This document shows positions 57,506 to 64,000 of a stretch of 64,000 bases of DNA, piece after piece. The stretch comes from an uncultured Clostridia bacterium. GTDB lineage: Bacteria > Bacillota > Clostridia > Christensenellales > UBA1242. The translations under genes and the position numbers were made by a program. The notes under the pieces are model-generated. The model searched no databases. It saw only the letters and a list, made by a program, of their open reading frames with translations, and was not told the origin of the DNA. The DNA lies in the NCBI GenBank assembly GCA_934754445.1, contig CAKVHZ010000004.1:30-64029 (forward strand). Direction: 5' to 3'. Positions within the stretch are counted from its first letter, which is position 1; every line of letters begins with the position of its first letter.

Positions 57506-58208
57506 TTTCCAACTCCAAAAAAACTTCTTCTAAACTTTCATCTTTTTTAATTTCTTGCATTGTCCCTTGTTTAATTATTGTTCCATTCTTAATAATCGCA
57601 ACTTTATTACATATTTTTTCCGCTACTTCTAAAACATGGGTAGAAAAGAAAATCGCACCGCCGTTACTAACAAATTCTTTCATTATATTTTTAATTATAA
57701 AACTTGCTTTAGGGTCTAGACCAACAAAAGGTTCGTCCATAACAATCAACTTAGGGGAGTGAATAAATGCTGAAATTAGCACCAATTTTTGCTTCATTCC
57801 GTGTGAATAATTACTAATTGGCGAGTTTAAATTGTTTTCTAGTTCAAGAAGTTTTGAATATTTTTCTATTAAAGTTTTTCTTAAATCTTTTTCAACTTTA
57901 AAAAAGTCTGCAATCAAGTTTAAATATTGAATTCCTGTAAGAGCAGGATAAATGTCGGGGTTATCAGGTATATAAGCAAGCATTTTTTTACATTCTATAG
58001 GCTTATCTTTTATGCTTATCCCATTAATTTTTATGTCGCCACTTGTAAAATTGTTTATTCCAACTATGCTTTTTATAGTTGTAGTTTTACCTGCTCCGTT
58101 ATGGCCAATAAAAGCAAAAATATCACCGCTTTCTACTTTTAAATTTATATCTTTTGCTCCAACTCTTCCATTTGGGTAAATTTTACTAAAATTTATAATT
58201 TCTAACAT
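57498..58208 (-). CDS. ABC transporter ATP-binding protein
   Basis: Walker A GHNGAGKTT, signature YSHGMKQK, Walker B LIVMDEP. Confidence 0.9.
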   Translation of the reverse strand: MLEIINFSKIYPNGRVGAKDINLKVESGDIFAFIGHNGAGKTTTIKSIVGINNFTSGDIKINGISIKDKPIECKKMLAYIPDNPDIYPALTGIQYLNLIADFFKVEKDLRKTLIEKYSKLLELENNLNSPISNYSHGMKQKLVLISAFIHSPKLIVMDEPFVGLDPKASFIIKNIMKEFVSNGGAIFFSTHVLEVAEKICNKVAIIKNGTIIKQGTMQEIKKDESLEEVFLELEND

Positions 58209-58216
58209 ATTAACTC

Positions 58217-58426
58217 CTATTTATTATTTTTGTTTACAATCATATTAAATACTGCATCAAATTCATTTGGTTTTACTATAGCTAAACCTTTATTTATATC
58301 GCCAAGTAACAAAATAGTGTCGCCGGGGTTAAATCCAAAAACTTTTCGTGCTTCATTCGGTATTACAATTTGACCTTTTGTGCCCATTTTAACTGTGTAG
58401 GCAAACTTATCTCCATCTTTTATCAT
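58217..58426 (-). CDS. AbrB/MazE/SpoVT-family DNA-binding protein
   Basis: GQIVIPNEARKVFGFNPGDTILL swapped-hairpin motif. 69 aa. SD aggag. Confidence 0.75.
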   Translation of the reverse strand: MIKDGDKFAYTVKMGTKGQIVIPNEARKVFGFNPGDTILLLGDINKGLAIVKPNEFDAVFNMIVNKNNK

Positions 58427-58495
58427 AATCTCTCCTTAGTATGATTTGTTATACTTATCATACTTTATTATACTCGGCTTTGTCAAATAAAATTA

Positions 58496-58521
58496 ATAAA
58501 AAAAGTTGCTTTTCGCAACTT
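58496..58521 (-). terminator. Rho-independent terminator (minus strand)
   Basis: Stem aagttgc / gcaactt, with the T-run on the minus strand, immediately after the stop of the 58522..59385 gene. Confidence 0.7.
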
Positions 58522-59385
58522 TTATAAGGTTTTTATATTGTTATTTCTTAAACTTATTATATCTAAATTATATTCTTCTAATAATTTATCAAAATCTTTC
58601 ATTAATTTTGCTGGCTTATTAAAGTGAGCAGTGTAGTTTTCTGGATAGGCATGAGCATAATTAGTAAAAAAATTCATACGCCTTTTATATGCTTCATTTA
58701 TAATTACTTGCATAATGTCGTCTTCTGTATATTCTAAGGCATAAATAACTTTCTTTTGAATTTCAGTTAGGTCTTTAAGTTCTCTTGCAGTTATGTAATC
58801 TAAATAACTTACTTTATATTTACCAGTTTTTAGTTTGTTTAATTCACTTTTAACATCTTCGCCTTTAATGTTGTAGTAATGACTTAAAATTGAGTGATAT
58901 ATTAAAGCGATTTGCTGACTTAATTCTTCTTTAGTTTCATGATATAAATATTGTTTTATTCTGCTTCTTAATTCTTTTGTAATTTCAGTATACTCTAGTC
59001 TACACAAACATCGTTGAACGGGATAAAAGTTTTTTACACAAATTTTTAAATAATTTGCAAGATTATCTAAATTTGTTTTTGTAACTTTATTTTTAACATT
59101 TTTACTGATTTCTTTTAAAGTAAACATTAAGCCAACTTTATCTAAATAAATATCTAATATTTCGCCATTTTTATTTTTTTGTAATTGAATTGCGGCGCCT
59201 GATGGATAAGAAATATTTATTAATTTTTGTTTAACTATTAATGCACAATTTTTTGCTAAATCAAAACTACAAAATTTATTTGATTTCACAAAATCTTTTA
59301 ACTCAAAAAATTCTTTTTTAGTAATTGGGTCTTTATAGCAATAAATATTAACAATATTTGCTATTTCTTGTTCTGTTAGTTTCAT
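58522..59385 (-). CDS. Hypothetical protein
   Basis: 287 aa ORF with SD aggag. No motif recognised. Confidence 0.6.
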   Translation of the reverse strand: MKLTEQEIANIVNIYCYKDPITKKEFFELKDFVKSNKFCSFDLAKNCALIVKQKLINISYPSGAAIQLQKNKNGEILDIYLDKVGLMFTLKEISKNVKNKVTKTNLDNLANYLKICVKNFYPVQRCLCRLEYTEITKELRSRIKQYLYHETKEELSQQIALIYHSILSHYYNIKGEDVKSELNKLKTGKYKVSYLDYITARELKDLTEIQKKVIYALEYTEDDIMQVIINEAYKRRMNFFTNYAHAYPENYTAHFNKPAKLMKDFDKLLEEYNLDIISLRNNNIKTL

Positions 59386-59425
59386 AATTTCTCCTAATTA
59401 ATTGTTGCACATAAATAATATTTTG

Positions 59426-61363
59426 TCAAGACCTATTATAAAGTTTGTTTAGATAAATCTTGTCTATCTTTTCCTGTTTTTCATAAAACTTTAATGCGTT
59501 TAATTGAAAAGCATATATTTCTTCTTTACTTAAATTTTGTAGACTATTAGCATCTAGAATATCGCTAGAATATATTTTATCGTTAAATATTCCAGATAGA
59601 TTAGAAACAAAAACCGAATTTTTTATATCTTCACTAAAAATGTTATTTCCTTGTGCAAAATTTTTGTTATATTCTAAGCCAAATAAATTACAAATGGTAG
59701 GATAAATATCGTAAGTAGAGCAGAATGTATTGTTACTACCACTGCCTAAAGTTTTATCGTAGATTATAAAAGGTATGTTATATAAACTTGTGTCTAGAAT
59801 GTTGTAGTTTTTACTTCCGTATCTAACCATTAAATTTGTTTCATCATAATAACAATTGTGGTCGGCAAACAAAACGATTGCTGTGTTATCCATTAAATTA
59901 TTATCGTTTAAATATTTTATTAAATTGGCAATCATTTTGTCGGTATCCATGCTTGCACATTTATATTTCTTTAAAAAGTTATAATATGTTTTGTCGGTAG
60001 GGAATTTATAACCTTGACTTGTTAAGTAATTTATTATTTCAGGTAAATGTTCTTCGTAGTAGCCGTAATATTCTTCATATCTTTCGTTGTATTTTGAGTA
60101 GGGACCATGTGTTCCAAAGGTAGTATAAAAGCTAAAAAATCGTTTGTCTTTTGGAGCAAACTGCTCTAGGCAAGTATTCAAAAAATCTTGTTCTAAATAA
60201 GCATTACCAAAATCTGTGTCGTTTCCAAGTTTAGAATCTTGAATGCCGTATAAACTATCAAAACCAAATTTTTTGTTGACTACATTTCTAGAATAAAAGT
60301 TAATATCATAAGAATGAAAATAATTTGCTGTATAACCATTGTCTTTAAATAAATAAGCCAGTGAATTTTTTGGAGCAAAATCTTCACTTCTTGCTAAATT
60401 TTGAAAATCAGTTTTTTTAGGGAAGTTACCAAGCAGACTGATATCTTCGCTCATATTTGTTTTGTTGTATGCTCTAAAGTTAGTAAAAGTATACCCATTA
60501 TTGTATGCTAAATCATAAAGTGTAGGAGTGCAAATAGGGTCTATTGCAAACCAATCAAAACTTTCAAGCATTAAAACTATTAAGTTTTTATCTTTAAGTA
60601 AACTAGAATTGTTACTTTCAATTACTCCATCATTTAAAAATGTCTGTAATTCTTGTCTTTCTTCTTTTGTTAAAGTTGTGTCTTTAATAAATACATCTTC
60701 TAAACTTTTTATATAAAACCCAAAAGTCCCAAATTTTTTATATGCTTTTTGTTTAAATTGAAAGTTTTTATATAAATATGCATCACTTTCTAAAACATAG
60801 AAGGCATTTGTTGTTTCGGTATCGGCAAGAATAGAATATGAAATTAAATTGCTTGTTAGTCCACAACTAATAAAAGCTAAAAATATTGCAAAAACCAAAC
60901 AAAATGAATAGCGTCTTTTAGATTGAGTTTGTGCTTTTAAGTTTAGTTTGTTGGTTTTAGTTAAAGAGAATAATAGCATTATAAATATAGTAAGGATTAA
61001 AGCATTTACGATTAAGGCCTTATAATTTATAAATGATGGTTTGAAAACCTTTGTGGCTTCTCCAGCAATTTTCAATAAATCCAAACTAAAAACATCACTA
61101 AAAACTGCATAATAACTTGCATTTACAATATTTAATATAAACTGAACGGAAAGTAACACTATAATATAAGCAATTTTACTTTTTCTACCTTTCATTAAAA
61201 ATATAATTGCGGAATTTATTAAAATGTAAGCTAAATCGAACAAAAAATAACTAGGTAAAAATCCAAAATTTAAAGACCAAAAAGCAACAATCTCTAAACT
61301 TATTGTAGATAAAGCAAATATTAATACATATTTTAGTTTATTTAATATTTCTTTCTTTTCCAT
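59426..61363 (-). CDS. LtaS-family sulfatase-fold membrane enzyme (lipoteichoic acid synthase-like)
   Basis: About 5 N-terminal TM segments followed by an extracellular sulfatase-like domain (LIVLMLESFDWF, FADHN). 645 aa. Confidence 0.75.
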   Translation of the reverse strand: MEKKEILNKLKYVLIFALSTISLEIVAFWSLNFGFLPSYFLFDLAYILINSAIIFLMKGRKSKIAYIIVLLSVQFILNIVNASYYAVFSDVFSLDLLKIAGEATKVFKPSFINYKALIVNALILTIFIMLLFSLTKTNKLNLKAQTQSKRRYSFCLVFAIFLAFISCGLTSNLISYSILADTETTNAFYVLESDAYLYKNFQFKQKAYKKFGTFGFYIKSLEDVFIKDTTLTKEERQELQTFLNDGVIESNNSSLLKDKNLIVLMLESFDWFAIDPICTPTLYDLAYNNGYTFTNFRAYNKTNMSEDISLLGNFPKKTDFQNLARSEDFAPKNSLAYLFKDNGYTANYFHSYDINFYSRNVVNKKFGFDSLYGIQDSKLGNDTDFGNAYLEQDFLNTCLEQFAPKDKRFFSFYTTFGTHGPYSKYNERYEEYYGYYEEHLPEIINYLTSQGYKFPTDKTYYNFLKKYKCASMDTDKMIANLIKYLNDNNLMDNTAIVLFADHNCYYDETNLMVRYGSKNYNILDTSLYNIPFIIYDKTLGSGSNNTFCSTYDIYPTICNLFGLEYNKNFAQGNNIFSEDIKNSVFVSNLSGIFNDKIYSSDILDANSLQNLSKEEIYAFQLNALKFYEKQEKIDKIYLNKLYNRS

Positions 61364-62256
61364 TATGGTATGTATATTTTTACTCCTTTTTCTAATGATT
61401 TAAATTTAAATGAACCATTTTGCCCACATTCGCCGTCTAAATTTATTTCGGCATTATTTTTTAATTCTATTTCAAAATCTTTAAGTCTTAAATATGTAAC
61501 TCGGCGTTTTTTCTTATTATAGTTTAAACCAAACAAAAATAATTTTGCAATACTAAACATACTAAGTAAACTAAATTTGTTTTTTTTGGGGCATTCAATC
61601 ATTACAACATCAACATATCCATCATCTAAACGGGCATTTTTGTTTATTTTAAATCCGCCAACATAACGAGAATTTACTATTAAAAGCAAAGCACAATTTT
61701 GTTCAATAATTTCATTATCATGCTTTAATTTTATATGTAAAGGTTTGCTTTTAAATATTTTTTTTGCCCCACTGAAAAAGTAGGCAAGTCGTCCCCAAAA
61801 CTTTTTGTGAGTTTGTTTTGTTTCATAACTTATTTCACATCCTAGTCCTGTGGCACAAACATAAATTCCATACTTATCATTAACTTTAAAAATATCGTGG
61901 TTAAAAACTTTTCCATTTAATATTACTTTAACCGCCTTTTTAATGTTGCGTGGAATTTTTAAACTATGTGCGACATCATTAGTAGTTCCAGTAGGTATAT
62001 AACCAATAACTGGAGCATTTTCTTTTTCAGCGATAGCATTAATTACTTCGTTTAAAGTTCCATCTCCACCAGATACAACAAAAGTGTCATATTTATTATA
62101 GTTCTCACTTGCAATTATACTTGCGTGGTGTGGGCGTTCGGTTCTCATAACATCAACTTTATTGTATTTAGTTTTTAATTTTTCTTCAATATAATGCTCT
62201 TTTTTAGCCACTCTACCTTTTCCACTATTAGGATTGTAAATAAATAAGCATTTCAT
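61363..62256 (-). CDS. DAGK-family lipid kinase (YegS/DagK-like)
   Basis: VVSGGDGTLNEV motif. 297 aa. Its stop overlaps the start of the LtaS-like gene. Confidence 0.8.
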   Translation of the reverse strand: MKCLFIYNPNSGKGRVAKKEHYIEEKLKTKYNKVDVMRTERPHHASIIASENYNKYDTFVVSGGDGTLNEVINAIAEKENAPVIGYIPTGTTNDVAHSLKIPRNIKKAVKVILNGKVFNHDIFKVNDKYGIYVCATGLGCEISYETKQTHKKFWGRLAYFFSGAKKIFKSKPLHIKLKHDNEIIEQNCALLLIVNSRYVGGFKINKNARLDDGYVDVVMIECPKKNKFSLLSMFSIAKLFLFGLNYNKKKRRVTYLRLKDFEIELKNNAEINLDGECGQNGSFKFKSLEKGVKIYIP

Positions 62257-62341
62257 ATAAGAATTTTAAATAAAAATAAACATTTTGTCAAATACAAAAA
62301 AGAATTTACAATAATTGTTAATTATTGTATAATATATAGGT

Positions 62342-62986
62342 ATGAATAAAATAGATTATAATAAACAAATGAAAACGATAATTGATAGTTTAGAGAGTAA
62401 ACCCAAATTGCTTCTTCACTCTTGTTGTGCCCCTTGCTCTACAAGTGTTTTAAAAAAATTAGTTAATTATTTTGATATAACCATATTTTTTTATAATCCT
62501 AACACGGATAGTTTAGAAGAATTTAATAAACGAAAAAACGAAGAAAAAAAACTTATTAACATTTTAAACGAAAAATTTAATTATAATATTAAGATTATAG
62601 ATTGTGATTACGATAAAGAAGATTATGATAATATTACAAAAGGCTATGAACATGAGAAAGAAGGTGGCAAAAGGTGTGATATATGTTATAAACTAAGATT
62701 AACAAAAACCTGTGAATTTGCTAAAAATAACAACTTTGATTTTTTTACCACGACATTGTCTGTTAGTCCTTATAAAAATGCTACTAAATTAAACTTAATA
62801 GGCTTAGAATTAGAAAAAGAGTATGGCGAAAGATTTTTAACCGCCGATTTTAAAAAAGAAGAAGGTTATAAACAAAGCATAGAGTTAAGCAAAAAGTATA
62901 ATTTATATAGGCAAGATTATTGTGGTTGTTTTTATAGTAAAAAAGAACGAGAAGAATATAAAAACCCCCTTGACAAACAAAATTAA
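62342..62986 (+). CDS. queH: Epoxyqueuosine reductase QueH (DUF208)
   Basis: LLLHSCCAPCS N-terminal motif and C-terminal YRQDYCGC motif. Confidence 0.8.
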   Translation: MNKIDYNKQMKTIIDSLESKPKLLLHSCCAPCSTSVLKKLVNYFDITIFFYNPNTDSLEEFNKRKNEEKKLINILNEKFNYNIKIIDCDYDKEDYDNITKGYEHEKEGGKRCDICYKLRLTKTCEFAKNNNFDFFTTTLSVSPYKNATKLNLIGLELEKEYGERFLTADFKKEEGYKQSIELSKKYNLYRQDYCGCFYSKKEREEYKNPLDKQN

Positions 62987-63024
62987 TTGTGTTAATATAT
63001 TGTTAACAAAGGGGGAGGCTATAT

Positions 63025-63201
63025 ATGGAAAAAGATTTTTTAGATGGCTGGAGAGAAGCAACCAGAAAATACGAAGGGGATTGCGAATATGATGCTACGG
63101 CTGAAGCCATTAAAGCATATCTAAGATATGAACAAGAAAAGAAAGAACAAGAAAAGAAAGAACAAGAGAAAAAATCTAAAGATGAGGGTTTAGAAAAATA
63201 G
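63025..63201 (+). CDS. Small hypothetical protein with EQEKK repeats
   Basis: 58 aa with a strong SD gggggagg 6 nt upstream. The plus-strand reading is preferred over the antisense 112-aa ORF. Confidence 0.5.
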   Translation: MEKDFLDGWREATRKYEGDCEYDATAEAIKAYLRYEQEKKEQEKKEQEKKSKDEGLEK

Positions 63202-63204
63202 TAT

Positions 63205-63333
63205 ATGAAAGAAGATGAACCGATTTTAATTAAAGTTTGGGAAGAAATTAATGCTGAACTTAATGAAATAGACTTATCAAAAGAAACAGAAAAGAATTCT
63301 AAACTAGATGAGAAAGTATCAAGTAAAAAATAG
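63205..63333 (+). CDS. Small hypothetical acidic protein
   Basis: 42 aa. It starts 3 nt after the previous stop and is followed by a terminator. Confidence 0.35.
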   Translation: MKEDEPILIKVWEEINAELNEIDLSKETEKNSKLDEKVSSKK

Positions 63334-63356
63334 GGGAACAATTCCCTATTTTTTTA
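63330..63356 (+). terminator. Rho-independent terminator
   Basis: atagggga-acaa-ttccctat followed by a T-run. Confidence 0.7.
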
Positions 63357-63378
63357 TTGATTTTTAAAAATTTGGGTA

Positions 63379-63407
63379 TTGACAAGTATATGCTTTTGAT
63401 ATACAAT
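63379..63407 (+). promoter_or_regulatory. Sigma-70-type promoter
   Basis: TTGACA, 17 nt spacer, TACAAT. Confidence 0.5.
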
Positions 63408-63428
63408 TAAATAAACAAAGGAGAATTT

Positions 63429-64000
63429 ATGATAAATAAAAAGACTAGCTTAGAGCAATCTAAAAATATTAAAAATTTAAAAACAGACTCTCAAAAATAT
63501 AATATGATTTTAGACTTTGCATCTAAAGTTGTAGAAAGTGATGCTTTCGATCCAGAAGTATTAAGTTATGCAGAACTAAGTATGGATAATTACTCACACA
63601 TCTGTTTAGTTAATTTTGCAGATATTCACTTTTTCGATCAAGGAATGAGCAAGGTTAGATTTGATAAAGCGAGTGAATTTTTAAAAAATACCGCAAATGC
63701 TTATGCGGTGCTTGCTGGTGATACTTTTACTGTTAGCACGCTTAGCGGGGCTAGTAATGTTCATGTAAACAAAATTAACAATACAAATTCAGCAATACTC
63801 GGTGAAAAACTTTTAGAAAATATTAAATCTAAAGTTATTTTTGGAATTGGTGGCAATCATGACGGCGAACAAGGTTCTAGAAATCGAGATACTAATATTA
63901 GTTTAACTCGTCAAGTTTTAAAAAGTTTAGATATACCTTATTTCCAATATAATGTTTTATTAAAAATCAATTTACATAATGAACCTTTTTATGTATTTGT
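63429..64000 (+). CDS. Calcineurin-like metallophosphoesterase, 3' end truncated by the window edge
   Basis: ATG with SD aaaggaga, open to the end of the window. LVNFADIH, LAGDTF and GIGGNHDG motifs. Confidence 0.6.
   Translation, partial: MINKKTSLEQSKNIKNLKTDSQKYNMILDFASKVVESDAFDPEVLSYAELSMDNYSHICLVNFADIHFFDQGMSKVRFDKASEFLKNTANAYAVLAGDTFTVSTLSGASNVHVNKINNTNSAILGEKLLENIKSKVIFGIGGNHDGEQGSRNRDTNISLTRQVLKSLDIPYFQYNVLLKINLHNEPFYVF

Noticed and set aside
62257-62341. preQ1 riboswitch upstream of queH
   Set aside because: The 85-bp region is almost pure A/T promoter sequence, with no preQ1-type hairpin or ACUA/CCC elements.
1-64000. Alternative genetic code (UGA = Trp) suggested by the Mollicutes-like AT-richness
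   Set aside because: A prfB gene with a UGA-dependent frameshift site is present. Conserved genes (tuf, argS, recD2, the ATPase) are intact under table 11 without in-frame TGA.
1-64000. Diversity-generating retroelement, retron or other RT-based system behind the large surface proteins
   Set aside because: No reverse-transcriptase-like ORF (no YxDD motif context) was found, and I could find no template/variable repeat pair near the C-termini of the giant proteins.

Overview
Strongly AT-rich bacterial chromosomal segment. Its gene content looks Bacillota/Mollicutes-related: fusA-tuf, a DnaD/DnaB-like plus DnaI loader pair, an LtaS-type enzyme and rpmH-rnpA-yidD-yidC-jag. It reads cleanly in the standard code. 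UGA is a stop, because an RF2 gene with the classical CUU-UGA +1 frameshift is present. About 60 protein genes, one tRNA and no rRNA or CRISPR were found. Housekeeping genes include fusA (5' truncated by the window edge), tuf, argS, malQ, prfB, tsaD, an RlmD/RumA-type methyltransferase, comFC, a P-type Ca2+-type ATPase, recD2, queH and an ABC exporter. The main accessory feature is a ~6.9 kb integrative islet in tRNA-Thr(GGU), bounded by a perfect 60-bp direct repeat (21614-21673 = 28518-28577). It carries a tyrosine recombinase and conflict-type cargo: an autoinhibited Fic enzyme, a frameshifted HEPN/AbiU2-like gene and a SLOG/DUF1273 protein. It also carries a tight four-gene block of a small unknown protein, a CPCC Cys-rich protein, DUF4417 and a Zn-ribbon/HNH-like protein, which is my best candidate for an undescribed system. 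A divergent XRE regulator with a DUF1963 - unknown - HExxH operon abuts the islet on the left. Other points of interest are an SDR plus serine-palmitoyltransferase-like pair (sphingolipid-like chemistry), a 17-Cys acidic insertion in Jag/KhpB, several very large surface proteins (Listeria-Bacteroides repeats, GLUG repeats, a TasA/camelysin-like N-domain fused to an unrelated C-terminal region) and a block of orphan genes with a tandem paralog pair downstream of tuf. All family assignments come from motif recognition by eye in the supplied translations. No database search was run.
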